Positions 48,795 to 64,000 of a stretch of 64,000 nt of DNA are shown piece after piece (position 1 is the stretch's first letter; every line of letters begins with the position of its first letter). The position numbers and the translations under genes were made by a program. The notes under the pieces were generated by a model. It made no database searches, was not told the origin of the DNA, and worked only from the letters and a program-made list of their open reading frames with translations. Source of the stretch: Anthoceros angustus (Eukaryota > Plantae > Anthocerotophyta); assembly GCA_010909165.1 (NCBI GenBank), contig MU008162.1, forward strand, positions 1,612,001 through 1,676,000, read 5' to 3'.

Positions 48795-49133
48795 AGAGAT
48801 GCGTTCACAAGTCTGAATTCTGTAGACATAATAAGCGACTTCAGCCCCGGGACTCAGGAGGCACATTACAATCATGGAGTAGTACACCGATCACATACAA
48901 GAAGGCTTAAGACAAAGGCTTTATTTAGTACTGGTCTGAAGCGGCACCTGGATTGCTTCTCCAGATTGTGCAAGCTGCAGCTCAAACATCGACACACGGG
49001 AGTTTTGATGGGAATCTCTCCGAAGAAGCTTGTGCATCGCAGCCTTCAGGGCAGACTATATCTATAAGTAATCCGACATTGCAGATGTGGCTGATTACAA
49101 CTGACGGGCCTCATTGCAAGCTGCGAATTCATC

Positions 49134-49529
49134 TCAGGCGCGGCGGATCTTGAGAGTGACGCCCAAAGCGGTGTAGCTGCCGCACACCTGATTGTCACCC
49201 GATGATCTGCAAGTGGTGGTGATATTGTTCAACGCGTCAGCTGCTGTGTGGCAGGGAACGCAGACGTCTTTGAGGCCATCGATGTCTAGAGCCGCGGTGC
49301 CGGTAACGACCATGGTACACGACCCGCTGTTGGTTATCTGGCAGCACATCCTGTCGTCTGGGAGACTTAGTAAGTAAGCCACGCCTTTGAGGGCATCTTC
49401 TTTGGTGGGACACACCTTATCGGCGGTGCAGATGGGTGCGCAGTCAGCCGTCGCCCCCCTGGGCATCGCCCACATTGCCAGGCTGAGCAGCAGCATGAGA
49501 GCCGCCGCGGACTTAGCTGCCGTGGCCAT
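49134..49529 (-). CDS. Intronless 131-aa small secreted cysteine-rich protein (10 Cys), family unassigned
   Basis: Clean ATG-to-stop ORF with a hydrophobic signal peptide (MATAAKSAAALMLLLSLAMWAMPRGATA), patterned cysteines and an upstream TATA box. Confidence 0.8.
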   Translation of the reverse strand: MATAAKSAAALMLLLSLAMWAMPRGATADCAPICTADKVCPTKEDALKGVAYLLSLPDDRMCCQITNSGSCTMVVTGTAALDIDGLKDVCVPCHTAADALNNITTTCRSSGDNQVCGSYTALGVTLKIRRA

Positions 49530-49696
49530 GGCTGAACCAGAAAATCTTGCAAGCTTGCCGGAAGGATTTGGACGTTGCTACTCGGCTTCGCCTGGTACGC
49601 GTCTCAGATGATCGATCGACGTTTCTTGCAGCTTTAGAGGCGGCTGGTGACCAGTCTCGCAGCTGCTGTGGTTGGAATTGAGGGGAGCCTGGCCTT

Positions 49697-49704
49697 CTTT
49701 TATA
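49697..49704 (-). promoter_or_regulatory. TATA box of the secreted-protein gene
   Basis: TATAAAAG on the minus strand about 170 bp upstream of the ATG at 49529. Confidence 0.55.
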
Positions 49705-49859
49705 CCTGATGGCCTGATAGCCTTCTACTTCTGGCAAGGTTTGTGCTGCACCTTACACCGGGTGACCATTCGATGGCCCACATTGTAGATCACGACGGCC
49801 AAAGCCTGGACGACCAGGATGCATGGGGTTTCACTCCACCAGTCTTAGACAGCTATTAT

Positions 49860-50692
49860 CTGGATTCATATTCCAACCTCGGGTAACGTACTAACTTGAG
49901 GCCTGTAAGAATCAAATGTGCGAATATTTACCCACATCAAAATTGAAGATGCGCAGCAGCCCGACCTCGGGTTGAACTGATCGATGATTTGCTGGAATGT
50001 ACAAGTCGATGGGAAAGCAGAGGAAGGAGTGGAATAAATGGCTGACACCACAGGACGGATTCCACTGTGGCTAATAGGTGGTCAAGATTTTTCGAACGGC
50101 ATTCTGCTCAATTTGTGCTGCTACAGCAGGGAGATGCATCACAAATTCCACAAGTACAACCTATTCCGTCATAAGCAGCGGTTCAAAGGAGGTTTGTCAC
50201 TTCCCTCGTCACCCGCGACTTCACCCTGTTTGCTCGGTCACGTGAAGTCTTTCCGAGGGACCGCTTCAGGTCCAAAATTCCTTCTACAGTTCACAACAAT
50301 TGAGCCGCTTCAATAGCCTTCACAAGATCGATAAGCAATGGTGTTCCAGCCTTCACACCGGAGAGTCGCTCCTGCACAGAAGACCAAGCTACTGTACGGA
50401 CACATAATGGGGCTGTTGGCTCCAGCGCCAGGAAGGGGTCTGATGGCTTGAACAGTGGGCTCAAGGATACAAGCTCTTGGCTTGTTCCTGAAGAGATTGC
50501 CCTGTACTTCTGAATACAATATCTATACAAGTGCACAGGGCATCGAGGGCCAGCTCCAGGGCCAGAACCCGAGCCCGGGCATCCAAGCCCGGCCCTCGGC
50601 CCTGGCCAAGGCCCAAGATCCCCAAAGGTGACCACAACCTCGCTCCCCAGCTGCTCCACGAATTCCCCGGCTCTGCAGCAGTCGCTGCTCAT
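49860..50692 (-). CDS. Unidentified multi-exon gene (gene X), divergent from ubiquitin-RPL40; partial copies at about 52273-53200 and 55458-55780
   Basis: gccgccATG context at 50692 (MSSDCCRAGEFVEQLGSEVVVTFGDLG...) and exon-like blocks with GT-AG flanks (...PEVGLLRIFNFDV|GLKLVRYPRLEYESR*). The internal frame cannot be resolved because the copies differ by indels. Confidence 0.4.
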
Positions 50693-51073
50693 GGCGGCCC
50701 TGGCAGGCGATCCTGGCAAACCCTAATGTCACAAATCCTAAATGCGAGAGTGGCAAATCGGCACACCAGTTTTAGCTCTCGAATGGATTGGAGATGGAAG
50801 ACATGGGTGCACTCAGCCTGGAGTGTTCTAGATCTGCCATCCAAGCTTCTCGCAAGCTTCAGTCCCAAGCCTGAAGACATCAGGGGCATCTACGCTGCCT
50901 AGGGACGCAACTGTTTATTTGCTTCAAATATCCCTGTTATTTCCTCGTCTACCCTTGATTGCGTAGCTGACCGTCGGGTCTATCATATATATTTTATTCA
51001 CGTTACTTCCTGAACTGACCACTGGCTAGTTAGCCAACCACAGTTAGGGTTAGGGCTTTTCAGGTGGCTATAA

Positions 51074-52108
<1,035 letters not shown>

Positions 52109-53370
52109 ATGAGTGACTCTCGCCAGCAGATACCCTGGGTTCGTTCCAGGCTTTGCTCAGGCTTTTTTGCCATGTACCATCGAATGCTATCGATGTTTAT
52201 TCTGTAGTACCATGGGAGTGTTTGCCCCACGGTGTTTCAATGCGAATCAGGAAAGGTGTTAGGAACCTCAGGTTGAACTGATCGATGATTTGCTGGAATG
52301 TACAAGTCGATGGGAAAGCAGAGGAAGGAGTGGAATAAATGGCTGACACCACAGGACGGATTCCACTGTGGCTAATAGGTGGTCAAGATTTTCGAACGGC
52401 ATTCTGCTCAATTTTGTGCTGCTACAGCAGGGAGATGCATCACAAATTCCACAAGTACAACCTATTCCGTCATAAGCAGCGGTTCAAAGGAGGTTTGTCA
52501 CTTCCTCGTCACCCGCGACTTCACCCTGTTTGCTCGGTCACGTGAAGTCTTTCCGAGGGACCGCTTCAGGTCCAAAATTCCTTCTACAGTTCACAACAAT
52601 TGAGCCGCTTCAATAGCCTTCACAAGATCGATAAGCAATGGTGTTCCAGCCTTCACACCGGAGAGTCGCTCCTGCACAGAAGACCAAGCTACTGTACGGA
52701 CACATAATGGGGCTGTTGGCTCCAGCGCCAGGAAGGGGTCTGATGGCTTGAACAGTGGGCTCAAGGATACAAGCTCTTGGCTTGTTCCTGAAGAGATTGC
52801 CCTGTACTTCTGAATACAATATCTATACAAGTGCACAGGGCATCGAGGGCCAGCTCAGGGCCAGAACCCGAGCCTGGCATCCAAGCCCGGCCTCGGCCCT
52901 GGCCAAGGCCCAAGATCCCCAAAGGTGACCACAACCTCGCTCCCCAGCTGCTCCACGAATTCCCCGGCTCTGCAGCAGTCGCTGCTCATGGCGGCCCTGG
53001 CAGGCGATCCTGGCAAACCCTAATGTCACAAATCCTAAATGCGAGAGTGGCAAATCAGCACACCAGTTTTAGCTCTCGAATGGATTGGAGATGGAAGACA
53101 TGGGTGCACTCAGCCTGGAGTGTTCTAGATCTGCCATCCAAGCTTCTCGCAAGCTTCAGTCCCAAGCCTGAAGACATCAGGGGCATCTACGCTGCCTAGG
53201 GACGCAACTGTTTATTTGCTTCAAATATCCCTGTTATTTCCTCGTCTACCCTTGATTGCGTAGCTGACCGTCGGGTCTATCATATATATTTTATTCACGT
53301 TACTTCCTGAACTGACCACTGGCTAGTTAGCCAACCACAGTTAGGGTTAGGGCTTTTCAGGTGGCTATAA

Positions 53371-54402
<1,032 letters not shown>

Positions 54403-55210
54403 ATGAGTGACTCTCGCCAGCAGATACCCTGGGTTCGTTCCAGGCTTTGCTCAGGCTTTTTTGCCATGTACCATCGAATGCTATCGATGTTTATTCTGTA
54501 GTACCATGGGAGTGTTTGCCCCACGGTGTTTCAATGCGAATCAGGAAAGGTGTTAGGAACCTCAGGTTTTCCAACCTCTGGACCTGCATGTAACCTTTTC
54601 GTTGTTGCAATTTTTGGCTCACAACCTGGAAATGCCACCGGCTCCCAATAACTTGCTAGGTCGGACATCGCAGTCTTTGGCGGTGTTTCTCTGACAACCG
54701 AAGAGACGGTGTCCGCCAACAGCCATCTCCTGAAAGGTGAACGGGACCCGGGAGCCAAGCCAACAGGCAACCCCGCGTGCGGCGACTCGAATGAGGTCGC
54801 AGCCTACCGGTCGCCGCAGGCGTGAGTAGGTGGGCTTGGCCCGGCACGACCCCCGGGAGCACCTTCGCACAGGGTTAAGGGTGGGAATAGATAACAAATA
54901 TCCCTCTTCGTGTTCGCCTCCTGTTTTGGCACGCTCTGCCACTGTGATCTCTGCCGGGGGCTGGGTCCTCAGAGTTCCCGCCTCCCCACGATCCGCTCGA
55001 CGCCGCGCTGCGCAATTTTGTGAAGTTCTTTGCGTTTGCGTCGTCGCCAGCACAGGGTCGCGCATTGCGGCGTCTCGCAGGCGGAATTGGCGCACGCAGG
55101 AAGGGAGGATCTCACGCTCGCCTGCTGCGGCTGCCGGTTGCAGGAGGCCGGGCAGCTGGTTCCGGGGCCTGGGAAGAGACACTTTTTTTTTTTGCGGTGA
55201 TGGCGGGAGC

Positions 55211-55457
55211 ATGCTTTGCAGCCGGGCATGCAGTGAGTGCGCGGCAGTGGTCCGGGCTGCATCGCCTGGTTTCCGTTTCGTCCGGGGACGGCAGCTGCAG
55301 TGTGGCTCAGGAGCCGTGTCGCTGCGCTGGCCGCAGTCGCAGAATGGGACGCTCGGGTCTGCTGTGGCTGTTGAAGGTTGGATTGCTGGAAGGACTGCGT
55401 TTTCTGTGATTTGATGTGGTTTAGGGATTGACAGGACTGGACCGGGACTAAATGTTG
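55211..55457 (+). pseudogene. G6PD: G6PD 5' fragment (transit-peptide exon and start of exon 2)
   Basis: Matches 60543-60797 apart from small indels; truncated at a duplication junction. Confidence 0.75.
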
Positions 55458-55943
55458 GAGCGGCCTCGGCCCTGGCCAAGGCCCAAGATCCCCAAAGGTG
55501 ACCACAACCTCGCTCCCCAGCTGCTCCACGAATTCCCCGGCTCTGCAGCAGTCGCTGCTCATGGCGGCCCTGGCAGGCGATCCTGGCAAACCCTAATGTC
55601 ACAAATCCTAAATGCGAGAGTGGCAAATCAGCACACCAGTTTTAGCTCTCGAATGGATTGGAGATGGAAGACATGGGTGCACTCAGCCTGGAGTGTTCTA
55701 GATCTGCCATCCAAGCTTCTCGCAAGCTTCAGTCCCAAGCCTGAAGACATCAGGGGCATCTACGCTGCCTAGGGACGCAACTGTTTATTTGCTTCAAATA
55801 TCCCTGTTATTTCCTCGTCTACCCTTGATTGCGTAGCTGACCGTCGGGTCTATCATATATATTTTATTCACGTTACTTCCTGAACTGACCACTGGCTAGT
55901 TAGCCAACCACAGTTAGGGTTAGGGCTTTTCAGGTGGCTATAA

Positions 55944-56976
<1,033 letters not shown>

Positions 56977-57780
56977 ATGAGTGACTCTCGCCAGCAGATA
57001 CCCTGGGTTCGTTCCAGGCTTTGCTCAGGCTTTTTGCCATGTACCATCGAATGCTATCGATGTTTATTCTGTAGTACCATGGAGTGTTTGCCCCACGGTG
57101 TTTCAATGCGAATCAGGAAAGGTGTTAGGAACCTCAGGTTTTCCAACCTCTGGACCTGCATGTAACCTTTTCGTTGTTGCAATTTTTGGCTCACAACCTG
57201 GAAATGCCACCGGCTCCCAATAACTTGCTAGGTCGGACATCGCAGTCTTTGGCGGTGTTTCTCTGACAACCGAAGAGACGGTGTCCGCCAACAGCCATCT
57301 CCTGAAAGGTGAACGGGACCCGGGAGCCAAGCCAACAGGCAACCCGCGTGCGGCGACTCGAATGAGGTCGCAGCCTACCGGTCGCCGCAGGCGTGGTGAG
57401 TGGGCTTGGCCCGGCACGACCCCAGGAGCACCTTCGCACAGGGTTAAGGGTGGAATAGATAACAAATATCCCTCTTCGTGTTCGCCTCCTGTTTTGGCAC
57501 GCTCTGCCACTGTGATCTCTGCCGGGGGCTGGGTCCTCAGAGTTCCCGCCTCCCCACGATCCGCTCGACGCCGCGCTGCGCAATTTTGTGAAGTTCTTTG
57601 CGTTTGCGTCGTCGCCAGCACAGGGTCGCGCATTGCGGCGTCTCGCAGGCGGAATTGGCGCACGCAGGAAGGGAGGATCTCACGCTCGCCTGCTGCGGCT
57701 GCCGGTTGCAGGGAGGCCGGGCAGCTGGTTCCGGGGCCTGGGGAAGAGACACTTTTTTTTTTTGCGGTGATGGCGGGAGC

Positions 57781-58987
57781 ATGCTTTGCAGCCGGGCATG
57801 CAGTGAGTGCGCGGCAGTGGTCCGGGCTGCATCGCCTGGTTTCCGTTTCGTCCGGGGACGGCAGCTGCAGTGTGGCTCAGGAGCCGTGTCGCTGCGCTGG
57901 CCGCAGTCGCAGAATGGGACGCTCGGGTCTGCTGTGGCTGTTGAAGGTTGGATTGCTGGAAGGACTGCGTTTTTCTGTGATTTGATGTGGTTTAGGGATT
58001 GACAGGGACTGGACCGGGACTAAATGTTGGAGAGTTGTTCTGGCAGTGAAGAGCTCGGCGGCCACCAAGGGCTCCGTTGCGATCAAGGAAGTGGTGCCCG
58101 CTCCCGTGCAGATTGAAGATGGACCTGCGCTGTATGGCTCCGACAAAAGCAGCGAGTCGACAGTCAGCATCACGGTTGTCGGGGCGTCTGGAGACCTGGC
58201 GAAGAAGAAGATCTTTCCAGCCCTATTTGCGCTGTACTACGAAGGTTGCTTGCCCAAGGTGTGTTGGCCAACTGCCGAGAGGGACGACTCTGCTTGTAGG
58301 TTCAAGGTCCTGTCGCGGGTTTTTCTCATCTTTTGACTATTTGGTGCAGCATTTTACGGTCTATGGATTCGCTAGGAGTAAGATGAGTGACGAAGAGTTG
58401 CGTAACATGATCAGCGGCACGCTTACTTGTAGAATCGATCAGAGGTGCATATTATGTCCAAAACTGTGACTTTGTTGCGGTCCCTGCTGGACGACTTCCT
58501 TGATGTTGCACAGCTAGTTGTTTGCTCTCTTTGGTAGAGGTCACGTAGGTGATATCTCTCTACTCCCAGTTGGGTGGACTTGTGGTTGTGAAGCTCACGA
58601 ACGCTGTGTAGGGAAAACTGCGGGGACAAGATGGAGCAGTTTCTCGCTCGCTGCTTTATCACTCTGGACAATATAGTTCTGAGGAAAGCTTCGCGGATCT
58701 CGACAAAAAGCTACAGGGACAAGAGGTAAGCAGGTCTTCTGCTTATGCTTACTCTACCTGGGTCCTCACCTCACACTGGTTGGATAATGGAATTCTTGCA
58801 TTTGGTGCTATCATGACAAGAGATACCAGACTGTCTAGTCGCTTGCGGATGTCTGTTTGGCTGGAAAGAGTTATTGGTAAGTGGTTGTGGATGGCTTTGT
58901 AGGAAGGCAGACTGGCCAACCGACTGTTTTATCTCTCTATTCCCCAAACATTTTATTGACGTGGCACGGGTGCAGTCGTTCTGCCTC
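57781..58987 (+). pseudogene. G6PD: G6PD 5' half, truncated copy
   Basis: [20 protein letters not shown]...NRLFYLS with homopolymer deletions relative to 60543-61760; ends at the gcctc junction. Confidence 0.85.
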
Positions 58988-59737
58988 ATCTTTGCTGGCA
59001 AGCAGTTGGAGGATGGCCGCACTCTCGCGGACTACAACATCCAGAAGGGTAGGGTTTCCGGCTCGTTTTTGCTAGAGAAGCGTCGGATGTTTTGGGTTAG
59101 GGTTTTAGGTCGGGTAACTAATTCCTGGCCTTTGTGCTCTAGAATCGACGTTGCACCTGGTGTTGCGGCTTCGTGGTGGCATTATTGAGCCCTCTGATGG
59201 CTCTCGCAAGGAAGTACAACCAGGAGAAAGTGATTTGCCGGAAGTAAGTATATGAACACGGCCTCCAGAATAGGGTTTGAGTGTCATTCTGTGGGAGTTC
59301 GTTTGTGACAGCCATGGGTCCACGAAGTTTGACTCCTAAGCTGTTCCAGTGTTTTGGAGATGAATATGAGACCCGAAATCAATCCGTCACCGTTATCCGT
59401 GTGTCAGTTTGAACTATTTTCTGCCTGACTATGCCGGGATGGGACATTACGAAAGCGAGGACCAGTACTCTTATCGTAGTGTCTAAATCTGCGTGTGTTT
59501 GTGTTCAGCTCCTGACTTGAGGTTCTGATGTGAAACACAGGTGCTACGCCCGTCTTCACCCGAGGGCCGTGAACTGCAGGAAGAAGAAGTGTGGTCACAG
59601 TAACCAGGTACGATACCCGGAGGGTCTGTCGCCCATGTCCGTCCTTTTCGTTTCCATATGCCTTCCACTGCCCTCAGAATATCTCATGCGTTTAATCTGT
59701 TCTTCCGCAGTTGCGTCCCAAGAAGAAGATCAAGTAG
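58983..59737 (+). pseudogene. RPL40: Ubiquitin-RPL40 copy 4, 5'-truncated and fused to a G6PD exon
   Basis: Begins at the gcctc microhomology inside exon 2 ([11 protein letters not shown]); 2-bp deletion in exon 3. Confidence 0.85.
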
Positions 59738-60542
59738 ATGAGTGACTCTCGCCAGCAGATACCCTGGGTTCGTTCCAGGCTTTGCTCAGGCTTTTTGCCA
59801 TGTACCATCGAATGCTATCGATGTTTATTCTGTAGTACCATGGGAGTGTTTGCCCCACGGTGTTTCAATGCGAATCAGGAAAGGTGTTAGGAACCTCAGG
59901 TTTTCCAACCTCTGGACCTGCATGTAACCTTTTTCGTTGTTGCAATTTTTGGCTCACAACCTGGAAATGCCACCGGCTCCCAATAACTTGCTAGGTCGGA
60001 CATCGCAGTCTTTGGCGGTGTTTCTCTGACAACCGAAGAGACGGTGTCCGCCAACAGCCATCTCCTGAAAGGTGAACGGGACCCGGGAGCCAAGCCAACA
60101 GGCAACCCGCGTGCGGCGACTCGAATGAGGTCGCAGCCTACCGGTCGCCGCAGGCGTGAGTAGGTGGGCTTGGCCCGGCACGACCCCCGGGAGCACCTTC
60201 GCACAGGGTTAAGGGTGGGAATAGATAACAAATATCCCTCTTCGTGTTCGCCTCCTGTTTTGGCACGCTCTGCCACTGTGATCTCTGCCGGGGCTGGGTC
60301 CTCAGAGTTCCCGCCTCCCACGATCCGCTCGACGCCGCGCTGCGCAATTTTGTGAAGTTCTTTGCGTTTGCGTCGTCGCCAGCACAGGGTCGCGCATTGC
60401 GGCGTCTCGCAGGCGGAATTGGCGCACGCAGGAAGGGAGGATCTCACGCTCGCCTGCTGCGGCTGCCGGTTGCAGGAGGCCGGGCAGCTGGTTCCGGGGC
60501 CTGGGAAGAGACACTTTTTTTTTTTGCGGTGATGGCGGGAGC

Positions 60543-63336
60543 ATGCTTTGCAGCCGGGCATGCAGTGAGTGCGCGGCAGTGGTCCGGGCTGCATCGCCTG
60601 GTTTCCGTTTCGTCCGGGGACGGCAGCTGCAGTGTGGCTCGGGAGCCGTGTCGCTGCGCTGGCCGCGGTCGCAGCAGAATGGGACGCTCGGGTCTGCTGT
60701 GGCTGTTGAAGGTTGGATTGCTGGAAGGACTGCGTTTTTCTGTGATTTGATGTGGTTTAGGGGATTGACAGGGACTGGACCGGGACTAAATGTTGGAGAG
60801 TTGTTCTGGCAGTGAAGAGCTCGGCGGCCACCAAGGGCTCCGTTGCGATCAAGGAAGTGGTGCCCGCTCCCGTGCAGATTGAAGATGGACCTGCGCTGTA
60901 TGCTGGCTCCGACAAAAGCAGCGAGTCGACAGTCAGCATCACGGTTGTCGGGGCGTCTGGAGACCTGGCGAAGAAGAAGATCTTTCCAGCCCTATTTGCG
61001 CTGTACTACGAAGGTTGCTTGCCCAAGGTGTGTTGGCCAACTGCCGAGAGGGACGACTCTGCTTGTAGGTTCAAGGTCCTGTCGCGGGTTTTTCTCATCT
61101 TTTGACTATTTGGTGCAGCATTTTACGGTCTATGGATTCGCTAGGAGTAAGATGAGTGACGAAGAGTTGCGTAACATGATCAGCGGCACGCTTACTTGTA
61201 GAATCGATCAGAGGTGCATATTATGTCCAAAACTGTGACTTTGTTGCGGTCCCTGCTGGACGACTTCCTTGATGTTGCACAGCTAGTTGTTTGCTCTTCC
61301 TTGGTAGAGGTCACGTAGGTGATATCTCTCTACTCCCAGTTGGGTGGACTTGTGGTTGTGAAGCTCACGAACGCTGTGTAGGGAAAACTGCGGGGACAAG
61401 ATGGAGCAGTTTCTCGCTCGCTGCTTTTATCACTCTGGACAATATAGTTCTGAGGAAAGCTTCGCGGATCTCGACAAAAAGCTACAGGGACAAGAGGTAA
61501 GCAGGTCTTCTGCTTATGCTTACTCTACCTGGGTCCTCACCTCACACTGGTTGGATAATGGAATTCTTGCATTTGGTGCTATCATGACAAGAGATACCAG
61601 ACTGTCTAGTCGCTTGCGGATGTCTGTTTGGCTGGAAAGAGTTATTGGTAAGTGGTTGTGGATGGCTTTGTAGGAAGGCAGACTGGCCAACCGACTGTTT
61701 TATCTCTCTATTCCCCCAAACATTTTTATTGACGTGGCACGGAGTGCAAGTCGTTCTGCCTCTTCTTCAAGAGGCTGGACTCGAGTGATTGTGGAAAAGC
61801 CATTTGGGCGGGACTCTGAATCGTCAGCAGAGCTAACGAGGGGCCTTAAGCAATACCTGAAAGAGGATCAGATCTACAGGTGGGTGCTTTGTCGTCTTCC
61901 AAGGTTATGAAGCCTTAATATGCTACATCACAGTAGCATGGACACGGTTCAACCATTTTGAGACTGTGTTAGAAGGAGGTTTTCTAATGCTGTGTATTTC
62001 CATGCAGAATCGATCACTACCTCGGTAAAGAACTTGTGGAAAACCTCTCAGTTCTGCGGTTCTCCAACCTAGTGTTTGAGCCCCTGTGGTCGAGACAGTA
62101 CATCCGGAATGTTCAGCTTATATTCTCTGAAGATTTCGGGACAGAGGGACGTGGAGGGTTAGTACTTGTTCGTATTTCCTTGCTGTTGGGTGTGGGCGGT
62201 GTTGACTTTGGAAGGCTATCTCGGTCTGATGCTGATAGACGTGTTGCAATGCAGCTACTTCGACAACTATGGCATTATCCGGGACATCATGCAAAATCAT
62301 CTTCTACAGATCCTGGCGCTGTTTGCTATGGAACCCCCAGTTAGTCTAGATGCTGAGGATATCAGAAATGAAAAGGTACCTACCTGCGTGAATCACAAGT
62401 TGTTGCTCTTGTCATATTGGGAAAGGAGGTCACGCAGGGCTCTTTGTCTTGTCAGTCGACTGATGGGTTTGACTGTGCTGCAGGTGAAAGTGCTCAGGTC
62501 AATGAGACCTCTTCACATTGAAGATATAGTGGTTGGCCAATATAAGAGCCATGTGAGAGGAGGTGAAATATCCAAGTTACGTAGATGACAAGACAGTACC
62601 CAAAAATAGTTTAACGCCTACGTTTGCTGCAGCGGCCTTGTTCATAGACAATGCCAGATGGGACGGAGTTCCTTTCCTTATGAAGGCTGGAAAAGCCCTT
62701 CACAACAAAAGGTAAACCTCCATAAAGCATTTTTGTACCTTGAAGCATTTTGTTGTTGCTGAACAGGGTGTTCTCCTATGACAGGGCGGAAATCAGGGTT
62801 CAATTTAGACATGTGCCGGGAAACCTGTACAAAAGAAGTTTCGGTACCGACCTAGACCAGGCAACCAACGAGCTCGTTATCAGAGTACAGCCTGATGAAG
62901 CCATCTACCTGAAAATTAACAACAAGGTTCCTGGACTGGGAATGAGACTAGACCGGAGCAACCTCAACCTTCACTACGCAGACAGGTAGCCGCCGAACCG
63001 GAAACTAAGCAACAACCCACCCTCTTGGTGCCTGCAGCCTTGTCTGACCCAAAACTGTGTGGCTTGTCTCAGATACTCCCGAGAGATCCCCGATGCCTAC
63101 GAGCGTTTGTTACTAGATGCTATCGAGGGCGAGCGGCGGCTATTCATTAGAAGTGATGAGCTGGATGCAGCCTGGGCCCTCTTCACCCCACTCCTCAAGG
63201 AGCTGGAATCCAAGCGGGTAGCCCCGAACTGTACCCATACGGCAGCAGGGGCCCCATCGGAGCCCACTATCTTGCTGCCAAGTACAACGTGAGATGGGGT
63301 GACGTGAGCTCGGAGATAGCCCAACAAGTACCTTGA
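60543..63336 (+). CDS. G6PD: Plastidial glucose-6-phosphate dehydrogenase, multi-exon; start approximate, a few apparent indel frameshifts
   Basis: [14 protein letters not shown] motif, plastid-type redox Cys pair TLTCRIDQR|[52 protein letters not shown] and PDAYERLL. Stop TGA at 63334-63336. Frame slips occur near 62560 (GGVKYP) and 63225 (APELYPYG). Confidence 0.93.
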
Positions 63337-64000
63337 TCCACTCTGTAACGACGGCTTGCTTCAGCCTGCCATTCCAATCTATTGCTTAATAGGCGGACCA
63401 TTGATGGATATACTCATCAATACATCAAGGATCAAAATATTAAGATTAGTTCTCATGTTATTCATCACAAAGTTTTGTTTAGAAAATCTCTGCTCACATA
63501 TAGGGTTGACCAAGGTATGACCAAACATAATACAAGGTATGACCAAACATAATTTTCAAAGACGTAACATAGAGGGTGTATGATCTCAAGTTGAGTTGCT
63601 AACATTTGTGTCCATCTTGAATCTTCAAGACAAGAAGACTTCAAGATGGACACAAATTATACTCAACAACTCATCAACTACAAAGGGTCGACAACATTAG
63701 TATTTGCATCCAAAGAGTTAGTTCCAAACTTTTTTCAACAATACCTCTAACAAACTATTAACTAATCAGATACGCTCATCCGCATCTTCGTGGATAAAAT
63801 TTAGGATGAATAGGCGACAAGCATGCAACACACAAAGATAAGGAAACTTATTATTCACTACATCAACAACAGTTAAAGCATATTTGTTAGCACTAGCAGT
63901 GCAAGAACTTAGTTCACTTTCAGAGTAGTCAGATATTACAAAACTCTCATACACTCCATGACTTTTTTTCAAGTTTTCAATGAAAGAGAAAAGCTTTCTA

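Noticed and set aside
49134-49529. Gnk2/DUF26 assignment for the secreted protein
   Set aside because: The cysteine spacing does not fit C-X8-C-X2-C.
54619-55626. Long GC-rich ORFs (335, 206, 234 and 232 aa, here and at 57.1-58.0k and 59.9-60.6k)
   Set aside because: They span promoter or UTR sequence and duplication junctions, and change frame between near-identical copies; they are chance ORFs in GC-rich DNA.
63350-64000. AT-rich tail with short minus-strand ORFs and a short direct repeat
   Set aside because: No terminal structure or protein motif that supports a TE or gene call within the window.

Overview
Eukaryotic nuclear DNA from a compact-genome, non-seed land plant. The evidence is short GT-AG introns, plastid-targeted ACP and G6PD, PLS-class PPR fragments and an axonemal dynein intermediate chain; the lineage is an inference (Selaginella- or hornwort-like). 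Genes left to right: NMD3 (-), V-ATPase subunit G (+), WDR63/IC140-type dynein intermediate chain (-), an unidentified Pro/Tyr/His-rich gene (-), two convergent plastid ACPs, two UMAMIT/WAT1-like transporters (-), a decayed RLE-type non-LTR retroelement, and a receptor-like kinase with an unusual ricin-B-like plus DUF642-like ectodomain (-). Next is a 22-kb TE nest in which every insertion has a readable TSD. Copia A1 (-) contains a non-autonomous CACTA with PPR cargo, which contains Copia B with an extra ORF before gag; Copia A2 (+) lies head-to-head with A1. Then come an intronless 10-Cys secreted protein gene of fungal-effector-like appearance, an unknown gene, ubiquitin-RPL40 and plastid G6PD. 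Removing the TEs places the secreted-protein gene about 1.3 kb upstream of the RLK. At least seven 0.5-2.8 kb direct jump-back tandem duplications occur, most with short microhomology junctions. Their copies differ mainly by 1-4 bp indels, so both these duplications and many frameshifts may be long-read assembly artefacts and need raw-read checking.
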